Source: Laspinema olomoucense D3b (GTDB taxonomy: Bacteria > Cyanobacteriota > Cyanobacteriia > Cyanobacteriales > Laspinemataceae). Taken from it: a stretch of DNA of 64,000 nt. The position numbers and the translations under genes are program-made. A model generated the notes under the pieces. That model was not told the origin of the DNA, made no database searches, and saw only the letters and a list, made by a program, of their open reading frames with translations. Numbering within the stretch: position 1 is the stretch's first letter; every line of letters starts with the position of its first letter. The stretch is from contig NZ_JAMXFA010000001.1 of assembly GCF_025370785.1 (NCBI RefSeq), positions 107,902 to 171,901 of the forward strand, read 5' to 3'. This document shows, one piece after another, positions 42,394 to 52,389 of the stretch.

Positions 42394-43230
42394 GGCAGGA
42401 GCGTTAAACTTAGGAACCCAGTTTTTGCAAAAATCGTGGAGTCACAGATGTTTTGTCATGGACTTTAACCGAATTGTTCCCCATTATCTCTAAAAAAGGA
42501 ACCCCTGCAGCAAAAAGTGACTGGGGGTTAGCAAAATCTCCTTAAACCTCTTCCTTGCGGGGTAAAACACGAGCGATCGCTGAATTTTTAGCAACCAATC
42601 CCACTCGGTGATATTGGAAGGACTCACAGGTATTTTATAGAGCCGACACCTCGGCAGTCCAGACTTGAATGAGATTTCTCCGGCGGCCCCCTCATCAGCA
42701 TCAGCCTCACCTGTTGAACTCTATCAGAGATTAGCCTCTATAGTAAGCCTCAATCCTTCTGATAATACCATTAATCCCTAGGACCATCTTGCTGGCGAGC
42801 AGCAGTAGGGAGCAAGCTGCTACCCCAGATAAAAATTGTCCAATTCCTGCAAGAGTCGCTATCTCCTAGGTGAGAGCCCCAACCGAGGAGCTTCAGGAAC
42901 CTGTTATAACAAAAGGAACTTGCAGGAGACAAACTGTAGCAATCATTAGCTTCTAAGCGAGAATAATCTCAAAGTGAAAGGATTGAGATCCCATCAGGAT
43001 GTAGATAGTAAAATGTAGGGAATCAATATATCCTAAAATATAAAGGGGAAACCACTTGAACGGGAGGATCAAGGGAGATGTAAGTCTCCGGGGTCCCAGG
43101 AAACCCAGAACCTACCCATTCACCTTTAGGGCAGTGGATGAATGATCGCCTCCCTTACTTGGGTAATGTAGAGGTTAGAGTTGTGGAGTAGCAATGGGTA
43201 ATTGGTTGTCTATATTTCCCCCAACCCTCA

Positions 43231-43833
43231 ATGAACACAGACCCCAAAACTATGATTGAGATATTCGGAGATTTCATTCAAAATCCGCCTTTGGGCACCG
43301 AGTATTTAATTCTGGGATTCTCCCCGAGTTCGGCCTCTATTAAAACTCGCTGGCGAAATAATGGCTTATCAGCGGACTTTGTAGCCAACTACTTATCCAC
43401 TTTTTTTGGTGATAGTGAAAATCAGCAGAATCCCGGGCATAAAAAAGCGGAAAGCGCTGAGATTGTCAACTATATCGCCAATGAGTTATTAGAAAATGCT
43501 ATGAAATTCAGTGATTCTACATTGCCGGATCCCACGACCCTGGAAATTCATTTATATGAAGATTCTATTATCTTAATGACTAAAAATGGTATAAATGCCA
43601 AACAGGATGCGGAGTTGCGGGCCTTCATTGAGCGCTTAACGGTTTCTGAACCGGAAGAGTTGTACCTAGAACAGTTGGAAAAGAATGCAGAAACCGACAA
43701 CCACAGCAATTCAAGAGTAGGTTATTTGACTATTATTAATGATTATCAAGGTAAAATAGGGTGGCAATTTGAACGGACTCCCGAAGAATCTCCAGGCATT
43801 TCTTTGACGACGATGGTTACTTTATTATTGTAA
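43231..43833 (+). CDS. small protein with a GHKL/histidine-kinase-type ATPase N-box (anti-sigma-factor-kinase-like or slr1658-type regulator candidate)
   Basis: The N-box-like motif is ANELLENAMKFSD, and Gly-containing segments occur downstream. The gene is AT-rich and isolated, flanked by a long non-coding region. Confidence 0.45.
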   Translation: MNTDPKTMIEIFGDFIQNPPLGTEYLILGFSPSSASIKTRWRNNGLSADFVANYLSTFFGDSENQQNPGHKKAESAEIVNYIANELLENAMKFSDSTLPDPTTLEIHLYEDSIILMTKNGINAKQDAELRAFIERLTVSEPEELYLEQLEKNAETDNHSNSRVGYLTIINDYQGKIGWQFERTPEESPGISLTTMVTLLL

Positions 43834-44117
43834 TTAAAGTTATTCAGTAAAAAACTTGGATAAAAAAGTAGTAAATAAAGGGCGAGGTTTGGTTTATTTA
43901 TAACGGATATTACCAGGGTTTAATCGGAACAAGCGGATTTTAGGGAGGCAGGGGGAAGGGGGATAAATTTCCGGGAGATTCCTACTCCAAAACCACTTTG
44001 CCGTTTAAAGTTTAGGAACTCCAAGGAGAGCAGTTGCTTTTAAAAAAGGGGGTCAAGGTGAAGTCGCTTTAGTCGCTTTATTGGATGGACTTGATGTCAC
44101 TTCACCCCCTTAGAACA

Positions 44118-44150
44118 TAAAAACCCGGGGTAAAAAACCCGGGTTTTTAT
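44118..44150. terminator. bidirectional rho-independent terminator
   Basis: The perfect stem aaaaacccggg/cccgggttttt with loop gtaaaaa is flanked by A and T runs. It sits between the convergent genes 43231-43833 (+) and 44354-45910 (-). Confidence 0.55.
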
Positions 44151-44353
44151 GTTCTAATATCAAGTCTGTTGGATTAAACTAAAAAAACAGTTTTTCCTCT
44201 TCTCCCCCGGACAGGAATAAAAAATTGGATTCTTTTCTCTCTCCTTTGAGGAGAGGGCGTTAAGAGAGGGGGTTCGGGGGGAAAGGGGGTTAGGTCAGTA
44301 TGGGTGAGGCAGCCAACATGATATAAGGGGTTCATGTGGGAATTGGGGACAAC

Positions 44354-45910
44354 CTAGTTCAGTTGACAGAACTTGCGATCGCGGTCCGAATCCGGTTCTT
44401 GCCAAGAATAGGCAAAGTGACTGACGGAGTTAATCCGGGAAGAATAGCGCCGTAAGGCATACATTTGGTCTTCTAAAGGCGGTCGATTGGTGACTGCAAC
44501 GCCCCAATCTCCAGCTAAAGCCGGGATGACCTCGGTGCCTTCAGGAGCCATGCTTAAAACCCGCTCAACTTCTTCCATAATACAATCAGGTTTTTGGCAA
44601 TTGGCATAAGACATTGGATGCCATTCCATCTCCGGCAAAAAGCGATCCCAAGCTTGTAACCTCGAATCAAATCCCCCTTGACCAACGGGACGATTACCCC
44701 CGGGAAAAAAGACGGCCCCGGAAGGGATTCCTTGAGGTCGAACTTGGTCTACAGCCAGGTGGACAAAATCAATAATTCCTTGCACGGCATGAGCGACACT
44801 GAGATACCAGAGTTGCCATTGTAGGAGGGGCAGACGTTCCCCAGGGGTTCCCATTGTTTTAGCTCCAGGGGGGACATTCCGCCCTTGCCACATCGGTTCT
44901 GCTTCATTGGGATAGAGTGCATCGACCGCAGCAATATCATTCGCGGTAATGGAGCCTTGGGTAACGTAGCGCCGGATTAATTCCTGACCTTTCTGGTTGA
45001 GACCCCGTTGCACGAGGGTTTGCTGGGATGCTTCACTGTAGATCCAGAGGTCCGATGGCTTGGTGACGACGGAAGCAGGGCCGACGCCCCGTAGATAGCG
45101 GACATAATCAAATAACATCCCGTCCGGTTTGCGCTTGAGGATTTCCCGGATCACCCCCGCATAGTCTTGACGCGCTTGAGGACTGTAGGGGTCGATAAAG
45201 GCATGATTGGCATGACTTTGACCGACCTGTTCATGCAAGCTGGGGTCCTGCATGACGGTGAGGGTGGTGTGTCCTTGCCCATTCCGAGCGAGGGCTCCTT
45301 GGCGGTCGGGGAGTTGGGAGTAGCTATAGCCAAAGTTGATGGTGAACAACCAGGCGTAGACCTTGAGGCCGCGTTCTTGGCCTTTTTTGATACCTTCAGC
45401 CAGGAGATCGGCATTTTCATAGCCAGGGACTCGAACGACGGAAGGCCAAGGGGTGTTATTTTCGGCCTGGGGTAGGAGGGCTTGGCCGTCATAAAAGGCT
45501 TCGAGATAGACTTTGTTGTAGCCCTTGTTAACGATTCTATCCATGAGAGCATCTAGGGCTCCGGGTTGGAGATCGCAAGGATACAGGCGTAACCAGAGGG
45601 CTTGATTTTGGGGCCAAGTTTGCTGACGACATTCCTGTAAGCGTTCGGCTTCTTTGACCAGAAAGGCTTGATAGCGATCGCGAGCAGCCTGATCACCTTC
45701 GAGGGAGGCTTGGCGCAGTTGTTCTTTTTCGGCGATATCTGCTGGAGAAGCCAGACAGGACCCTTGAACTTGGGAATGGGCCGGTTGGCTCCAGAATGTA
45801 GGACTCACGATCGCGGTTAGAACCGTTGCCAGTAAACCGCGATAAAAATGCTGCCAGTCAAGCGTCATCGCTGTTTTAGGTTTAAAAGATTTTTTGAGAC
45901 GATTAGACAT
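44354..45910 (-). CDS. GHL10 (glycoside-hydrolase-like 10) family protein, secreted/lipoprotein form
   Basis: It has an N-terminal signal, NKVYLEAFYDGQALLP...LKVYAWLFTINFGYSY and a TIM-barrel-like core. It is a paralog of 24742-25890 and 52390-54126. Confidence 0.65.
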   Translation of the reverse strand: MSNRLKKSFKPKTAMTLDWQHFYRGLLATVLTAIVSPTFWSQPAHSQVQGSCLASPADIAEKEQLRQASLEGDQAARDRYQAFLVKEAERLQECRQQTWPQNQALWLRLYPCDLQPGALDALMDRIVNKGYNKVYLEAFYDGQALLPQAENNTPWPSVVRVPGYENADLLAEGIKKGQERGLKVYAWLFTINFGYSYSQLPDRQGALARNGQGHTTLTVMQDPSLHEQVGQSHANHAFIDPYSPQARQDYAGVIREILKRKPDGMLFDYVRYLRGVGPASVVTKPSDLWIYSEASQQTLVQRGLNQKGQELIRRYVTQGSITANDIAAVDALYPNEAEPMWQGRNVPPGAKTMGTPGERLPLLQWQLWYLSVAHAVQGIIDFVHLAVDQVRPQGIPSGAVFFPGGNRPVGQGGFDSRLQAWDRFLPEMEWHPMSYANCQKPDCIMEEVERVLSMAPEGTEVIPALAGDWGVAVTNRPPLEDQMYALRRYSSRINSVSHFAYSWQEPDSDRDRKFCQLN

Positions 45911-46186
45911 CAGATACCCGTACAGAATCCACGCAGAAGTTTCTCAGCACTGTTCAGTTCTATCTTAGTTTTTCAGCATGATTGCGAGCCTTTGATTAGA
46001 TTTAGGTTGGCAACGAGCTCTAAGCGCCAAGCGTGGCAAGTCATACCCTTACCCCTCAACTGGGGGACTAATAGATGGACTCATTTTTTTGGGCGAGGGC
46101 AATGTTGCGATCGCCCAAATAAAGACCCGCACAAGAGGAGTTGATTGTAAACTGAGCAACTCCATCCCGGATGGGAATTGGGGGAG

Positions 46187-46612
46187 TTAAGTTCCTCGAC
46201 TCAGAGCCGATTCTACCTGTTTTAACTCCTGTTCAAGACGGTCTTTCAACTTTTTGGGAACCGGACGGTTGGGATAGGAATTATAATGTCCTGCTAACCC
46301 ATTCAATGCAGTTTGCATGGTGGTGAATGAGGCCAGCTTCGCCACGGATTCATCCCGACGATAGCGGGCAAAAAATTCGTTGATTCTTAGACGGGCATCG
46401 GCCTGGGCAGAGGATTTCTCAGGGGAATCCTCGGGCAGTTCGATCGCCGTTCTCATACTATTAACCAATGACAAGGTATCTTGGCGATAATCGCCAGTGA
46501 GCAGTCCATTACCCGAACAGCCCACCAAGGCGATCGTCATCACCAAAACTAGGGCCAGGAGGCGGGACCAATATTGTTTTAGGAGGATCATACAAATCAA
46601 TCGTGCTATCAA
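46187..46612 (-). CDS. psb27: photosystem II assembly lipoprotein Psb27
   Basis: The lipobox is LVGCSG. The stretch LTGDYRQDTLSLVNSMRTAIELPEDSPEK is followed by a four-helix region typical of Psb27. The start may be an internal M. Confidence 0.75.
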   Translation of the reverse strand: MIARLICMILLKQYWSRLLALVLVMTIALVGCSGNGLLTGDYRQDTLSLVNSMRTAIELPEDSPEKSSAQADARLRINEFFARYRRDESVAKLASFTTMQTALNGLAGHYNSYPNRPVPKKLKDRLEQELKQVESALSRGT

Positions 46613-47220
46613 AATTAACGTCTATCGTATCTTGAATTGAGGAGTGGCGATCCCATCGAGGATTGGAATTTTTTGGGGGATTCATCAACTCAGCCTCGGT
46701 CAACTGGCTCCACCCGCTATGCGATCGCCAGCCAGAACAGTCCCCTCAATTCTTCTGGCTTCATCCTTCCCACCCGTAAGCGTTTGAGAAAGTTGTCCTC
46801 GATTGTAACAGATTGTTAAGAACAGTCCTCACCGGACTCCCGATGAGCTGGGAAGGAACATTCGGAGCAGACGGCGAGGGGAATGCCCTAAGCGCCCACT
46901 CAAAAGTTGCCCTCCAGATTAAGCGTTACAATAGAACCATTAACTGAATGTGGCTCACCCAAATCCACCAGACATTGCCAAAGTTCCCCTCAAAAGGTGA
47001 TCTGCGATCGCGGAATTTTTAGTACCCTGGGGTACAGGGGAATAGAAAATACCTGTAGAGTCGAAGCGACAAGGATGCCGGTAACGGAATCGAGTCAACA
47101 GACTATTAAGCCGGAACTCCGGATAAGAAATGCGGGGAATCTCCATCTCCATTGCGTGGCACGGGGAAGGAGAAAAGTCAAATGATTAAACAGAAATCAC
47201 GAATCAAAGGGTCAATGAAT

Positions 47221-48819
47221 ATGGCACAAGAGCCTGTTTCTCCAGTGGTGCTAGTAATTTTAGATGGTTGGGGAGTCAGCGAATTAACCACAGGAAATGC
47301 TATTGCTGCTGCCAAAACACCCGTGATGGACAGCCTTCAGGCCGCCTATCCGAATACAACAATTCGCACATCGGGGAAAGCAGTGGGACTGCCCGAAGGT
47401 CAAATGGGCAATTCCGAAGTCGGTCACATGAATATCGGGGCCGGTCGAATTGTCAAACAAGAACTCCTGCGGATCACCGATGCGGTGGAAGATGGCTCCA
47501 TCTTACACAACCAGGCACTGGTTACAGTTTGCCAAGATATTAAAGAAAGAGGCGGAAAGCTCCACCTCATGGGGCTTTGCTCCGAGGGAGGGGTCCACTC
47601 CCACCAAAATCATTTAATGGGACTACTCCGCCTCGCCAAAGGCCAAGGTGTGACCAACGTTTGTATCCACGCCATCACCGATGGCCGGGATACCTCTCCC
47701 AGAGATGGAGCAGAAGCCCTGGGAAAAATAGAAGCAGCCGCCCAGGAAATTGGCGTGGGTCGCATCGTTACCCTCAGTGGTCGATATTATGCGATGGATC
47801 GAGATAACCGCTGGAATCGGGTAGAAATGGCCTATAAAGTCATGACCACCGATGGACCCGGTGACGGTCGTTCGGTCATCGAACACTTAAAACAGTCTTA
47901 CCTCCAGGACCTCACCGATGAATTTGTCCTGCCGGTTCGGATTGCACCGGGAGCCGTAGAACCCGGAGACGGTGTAATCTTCTTTAACTTCCGTCCCGAT
48001 CGCTCCAGACAACTCACCAGCGCCTTTGTAGACCCGAATTTCCGAGGATTTGAGCGGGAGAAAATTGAACCCCTCTCCTTTGCCACCTTCACCCAGTACG
48101 ATTCTGAACTACCCGTTCTGGTGGCCTTTGAACCTCAAAACCTCAGCAATATTTTCGGAGAAGTCGTCTCTAATCACGGGTTGCGGCAGTTGAGAGCAGC
48201 AGAAACGGAAAAGTATGCTCACGTCACCTATTTCTTTAACGGCGGTTTAGAGGAACCCTTCGAGGGCGAGGACCGGGAATTAGTGCAGTCGCCGATGGTG
48301 GCAACCTACGACAAAGCCCCAGAAATGTCTGCTGAGGCTGTAACCGATGTGGTGGTTGCCGGTGTGAAAAAAGGGATTTACTCCTTAGTGGTGGTTAATT
48401 ACGCTAACCCGGATATGGTGGGTCATACGGGAAATATTGAGGCCACCATTACCGCAATTGAAACCGTAGACCGTTGTTTGGGGCGCTTGCTGGATGCGAT
48501 CGGTCGCGCCGGAGGCACTACCTTAATCATCGCCGATCACGGCAATGCCGAATATATGATCGATGAAGACGGCAACCCCTGGACTGCTCACACCACCAAT
48601 CCAGTCCCGTTAATCCTCGTAGAAGGAGAAGGGCGCAAAATTCCGGGACATGGGACCGAAGTCAAACTGCGGACTGATGCCTGTTTAGCGGATATCGCTC
48701 CCACGCTGCTGGAAATTTTACAACTGCCTCAACCCCCGGAAATGACGGGACGTTCTGCCCTTGAGTCTCCCGTTTTTAACCTCCAGTCCTCTCTGGAACC
48801 CCTGCGAATTCCGGTCTAA
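47221..48819 (+). CDS. gpmI: 2,3-bisphosphoglycerate-independent phosphoglycerate mutase
   Basis: The motifs VVLVILDGWG, SEVGHMNIGAGR and ADHGNAE are present. The ATG at 47221 was chosen, and the ORF opens earlier at 47152. Confidence 0.9.
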   Translation: MAQEPVSPVVLVILDGWGVSELTTGNAIAAAKTPVMDSLQAAYPNTTIRTSGKAVGLPEGQMGNSEVGHMNIGAGRIVKQELLRITDAVEDGSILHNQALVTVCQDIKERGGKLHLMGLCSEGGVHSHQNHLMGLLRLAKGQGVTNVCIHAITDGRDTSPRDGAEALGKIEAAAQEIGVGRIVTLSGRYYAMDRDNRWNRVEMAYKVMTTDGPGDGRSVIEHLKQSYLQDLTDEFVLPVRIAPGAVEPGDGVIFFNFRPDRSRQLTSAFVDPNFRGFEREKIEPLSFATFTQYDSELPVLVAFEPQNLSNIFGEVVSNHGLRQLRAAETEKYAHVTYFFNGGLEEPFEGEDRELVQSPMVATYDKAPEMSAEAVTDVVVAGVKKGIYSLVVVNYANPDMVGHTGNIEATITAIETVDRCLGRLLDAIGRAGGTTLIIADHGNAEYMIDEDGNPWTAHTTNPVPLILVEGEGRKIPGHGTEVKLRTDACLADIAPTLLEILQLPQPPEMTGRSALESPVFNLQSSLEPLRIPV

Positions 48820-48950
48820 AAAGCTCAGGGGGGGGGACCCTGCGGTTTGTTCAAAGTCATTTTTTAATTTGAAATTGACAAATGACCTTGAACAAATCAG
48901 AGTAAATAAAGAAGCACTCAATTTTACCGATTTACCCAGGTATCGCTCTG

Positions 48951-49184
48951 ATGAATATCTCAACGCTCGTCGAACTCATTTGGCTATTTTCGGCCATCAG
49001 TTTAATTATTTTAGTCTTACTCCACAGCCCGAAAGGAGATGGAATTGGCGGGATTGGAGGACAAGCTCAACTGTTTACCAGTGCTAAAAGTGCAGAAACA
49101 ACTCTCAATCGGATCACTTGGGCATTGACGATTATTTTTATGGGCCTAACCGTGATTTTAAGTGCCGGATGGCTTGCTCCGTAA
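48951..49184 (+). CDS. secG: preprotein translocase subunit SecG
   Basis: It is 77 aa with two TM helices and a Gly-rich loop (HSPKGDGIGGIGGQAQLF). Confidence 0.85.
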   Translation: MNISTLVELIWLFSAISLIILVLLHSPKGDGIGGIGGQAQLFTSAKSAETTLNRITWALTIIFMGLTVILSAGWLAP

Positions 49185-49359
49185 AAGGCGATCGCCCCTG
49201 GTACAATTCACTCCACTTTAACCCGGTTTCCCCTCAGAAGCCGGGTAATTTTTCACGGATTTTCCACAAGACTACAGTCATGAGCTTTCTTCTTTTGTAG
49301 TAACGATTTCAGTCCTTATCCCCCACCCCAACATTCCTAATAACAACATCTTTTACCTG

Positions 49360-50751
49360 TTGTTACTCCTCATCCAATCCATGAAATTCTTTAAACCGAG
49401 TCTAGCCAATGCTGAGACTGTAACAGAGTCGATCGCCATCGGACGTGCCGTACTCCAATTAGCCACCCCGGCGATCGCCCAACTGCTGCTACAAGCCTTG
49501 GTTTTCCTCGCCGATCGCGCCATGTTGGGTCACTATAGCAGCACCGCCTTAGCCTCCATGCGAATTAGTGGACCCCTGCATTGGTGTCTCTATAGCACCG
49601 TTTCCGCCTTTTCCGTAGGCACGATCGCCCTCGTTGGACGCGCTGTGGGTGCCCAAGACAAATCCCTCAGTAACGCCACCCTGCGCGCCAGTCTGCTGCT
49701 GGCATTAGGGACGGGACTGGCGATCGCCCTTGGTAGCATCCTGGGTTTAAATCCCCTCCTGGCGCATCTTCCCTTCGGAAGCCCCGAAGTCCAACAAGCT
49801 GCCCAAGATTACCTCCAGATTATCTTCCTGGGAATGCCTCTGCAATTGCTCTCAATTGTTGCAGCCGCAGCATTACAAGCATCCGGCAATACTCAAATCC
49901 CCTTGTTTGTGGGACTCATTGCCAATGGGGTCAATATTTTCCTCAACTACTGCCTAATTTTCGGCAATTGGGGCGCACCCCACCTGGGAATAGCTGGTGC
50001 AGCGATCGCCAGTGTGACGGCAATGGCAATTAATACCCTAATTTTAGGGATAGTTTTGTATCGAGGGACTGCGCGCTTAACCTTGCGACATCGCGGAGGG
50101 GAATTGCCAGCCTTGCGGCGATTATTCCGCGTCTCAGTGCCAACTTTCAACGAACGCTTGTTCCGGAGTTTAGGCTATCTCGGGTTTAGTGCAGCGATCG
50201 CCACCTTGGGGACCGAGGCAATGGCAGCTTACGAGATTACCTTGGGAATTGAGGAAATTTGCTACTACATCGCCGAAGGATTTGGCATTGCCACAGCGGC
50301 GATCGTTGCCCAACAATTAGGGGCAAATCGCGCAGATCAAGCCACCAGCAGCAGTATCATTGCCACCGGATTAGCGGTTTGCTGTTTGAGTCTGGGTAGC
50401 CTGTTATTTTTGGGGATTCCCGAGGTATTGTTGGGGATTTTTTCCAAAGATACCCAGATTATTGCAGCGGCAGTACCTTGTTTATATGTAGCAGCAGTCG
50501 CGCAGCCGTTTATGGCGATGAGTATGGCGATCGAGCAAGCACTCCGAGGTGCTGGAAATACGAAAACGGCTTTTTATGTCTCGGCGATCGGTTGGTTTGG
50601 GGTGCGATTGTTGGCTACCTATATTTTTGCATTTATGTTGAATTGGGGATTAGTGGGAGTGTGGATCGGTTCTACCTGTGATTGGATGATCCGGGCGATG
50701 ATCTTGGCGATCGTGTTTTGGCGCGGCAACTGGCGGGAGGTTATAGTCTAG
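49360..50751 (+). CDS. MATE family efflux transporter
   Basis: It has 12 TM segments in a duplicated 6+6 architecture, and the ORF is 463 aa. Confidence 0.85.
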   Translation: MLLLIQSMKFFKPSLANAETVTESIAIGRAVLQLATPAIAQLLLQALVFLADRAMLGHYSSTALASMRISGPLHWCLYSTVSAFSVGTIALVGRAVGAQDKSLSNATLRASLLLALGTGLAIALGSILGLNPLLAHLPFGSPEVQQAAQDYLQIIFLGMPLQLLSIVAAAALQASGNTQIPLFVGLIANGVNIFLNYCLIFGNWGAPHLGIAGAAIASVTAMAINTLILGIVLYRGTARLTLRHRGGELPALRRLFRVSVPTFNERLFRSLGYLGFSAAIATLGTEAMAAYEITLGIEEICYYIAEGFGIATAAIVAQQLGANRADQATSSSIIATGLAVCCLSLGSLLFLGIPEVLLGIFSKDTQIIAAAVPCLYVAAVAQPFMAMSMAIEQALRGAGNTKTAFYVSAIGWFGVRLLATYIFAFMLNWGLVGVWIGSTCDWMIRAMILAIVFWRGNWREVIV

Positions 50752-50855
50752 GGGAATGACCCTGGGCGATCGCCGCGATCGATTGGTGGTATCCAAAGGA
50801 GGTAACCCGAGGCGGCATAATAGAAAAGAGCCTCTGCTCGTCCACCTTCAGTGCT

Positions 50856-51341
50856 TTGAGCGCAGCTTTTATGGATAGATCCTCGATAGAACCGTTACTG
50901 GAAGACTTGAAAAACCCGACGGAGAGAATCCGCGATCGCGCTACTCAAGAGCTTTGGCGAATCTGGTTCCACCAAAAAGGCGTCTATGGGTTGGACTTCC
51001 TCCAGCGTGCTCAAGTGCTGCTCGATCGCGGCAATTTGAAAGAGGCAGAGGCGGTCCTAACGGAACTAATAGAAGATCAGCCGGATTTTGCTGAAGCTTG
51101 GAATCGGCGAGCGGTTCTGTATTACAGTATGGGCGACTATTACAAAGCGATCGAGGACTGCCGCGTGGCGATCGAACTTAATCCGGTTCATTTTGGAGCG
51201 CTACACGGACTGGGATTATGTTATGCCACCCTAGGCAAGTATCGAGAAGCAATTCAAGCATTCCAACAAGCTCTCGCCATTCAGCCTTTTGCTCTGATTA
51301 ATCAACGCTTAATCCTGGAATGCACGGCTCGATTGAGCTAG
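50856..51341 (+). CDS. TPR-repeat protein
   Basis: The motif AEAWNRRAVLYYSMGDYYKAIEDCRVAIELNP is followed by a second TPR. Confidence 0.7.
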   Translation: MSAAFMDRSSIEPLLEDLKNPTERIRDRATQELWRIWFHQKGVYGLDFLQRAQVLLDRGNLKEAEAVLTELIEDQPDFAEAWNRRAVLYYSMGDYYKAIEDCRVAIELNPVHFGALHGLGLCYATLGKYREAIQAFQQALAIQPFALINQRLILECTARLS

Positions 51342-51358
51342 GGTCAATTGATAATGGA

Positions 51359-51415
51359 TAATTGATAATTGACAAGTGACAAGTGACAAGTGACAAGTGA
51401 CAAGTGACAAGTGAT
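51359..51415. repeat. STRR-type heptamer tandem array (GTGACAA x6-7) flanked by a 14-bp direct repeat
   Basis: (caagtga)x6 is bracketed by caattgataatgga at 51345-51358 and again at 51430-51443. Confidence 0.8.
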
Positions 51416-51645
51416 AAAGAGCCATTGTCAATTGATAATGGAACCCGGAACTCTAAAAAAAAACTACACGATGTTCGTGTAGTTAGAACCCAAATATCTC
51501 ACTAAATTGTTAATTTAAGAAGTAATTTAAAGTGGAATTGATGAGGGAATTTAATGTTTGAATCCAGAGATAAAGACGGTCAGAGTTTAAATTTTGAATT
51601 GTTTTGAGAAAGCATCAGGGGAGCAAAGGTTAAGGGTTCGGTTGA

Positions 51646-51846
51646 TTACTCGGTGACTTTAATCCATCCCCGGCGCACGGCGTGCTGTAGACGGTCGATC
51701 GCCGCATAGTCTTCAGAATTGAGGGTATTTTCCACAAGGGCAGCCATCAGACCTTCCCGTTGATTGAGCGTTAGGGAACCGGCATTCCAGGCTTGACCGA
51801 AGACTTCAGCAATCAGGGAGGTGGAGTAAAGGGTGGGTACTTGCAT
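51646..51846 (-). CDS. small hypothetical protein (66 aa)
   Basis: It is an isolated ORF with a plausible start. It has no recognisable motifs. Confidence 0.3.
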   Translation of the reverse strand: MQVPTLYSTSLIAEVFGQAWNAGSLTLNQREGLMAALVENTLNSEDYAAIDRLQHAVRRGWIKVTE

Positions 51847-52389
51847 GGCGAGGTGTGGTTGAACTCTACCCTTTTAATATCTCCTGAAATTCCAGCTTTT
51901 ACAGCGATCGCAAGGGTGGGTAGCTCGTGATAATCGTCAAAGTGGGCGGTGATTTAAAGCCCAGGGCAACAGGGGATCGGATCAGATATCACTTGTGATC
52001 TGCATCACCGAAAACCGAAAAGCAGCCCCCGAATCAGACCCCGTTATCATCCCCCAGAGGCCAAAAAGTGGGAAACGGTTTAAATTTTCAAGGGAGTCAA
52101 TTCTCCGAAAAGATCTGGATAGACCGACTGCTCTAATGTATTGCTAACCCAGACGAGAATGCCACCCAACTTGGAAAAGCGCGATTCCCTGAGCGAAGCA
52201 CTGGATTCTTTCTGGCGATCGCTTGCCCGACTGGGAAACGGTAAGCAACGCCTGGAACTGCTGCCTAATCGGGTCGGTCAGCATCTCGAATCCCTCAGAA
52301 TTTAGAGTAGATACCGGGATGATGGAATTCCCAATCTACGCTAACGTTATTAAGATTGTTGATGCAACGCGGGGTATCCAGCGGGATAG

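Noticed and set aside
51359-51415. Possible CRISPR array
   Set aside because: The repeats are 7 bp with no spacers. This is an STRR-type microsatellite, not a CRISPR array. No 25-40-bp repeat/spacer architecture or cas genes appear anywhere in the window.
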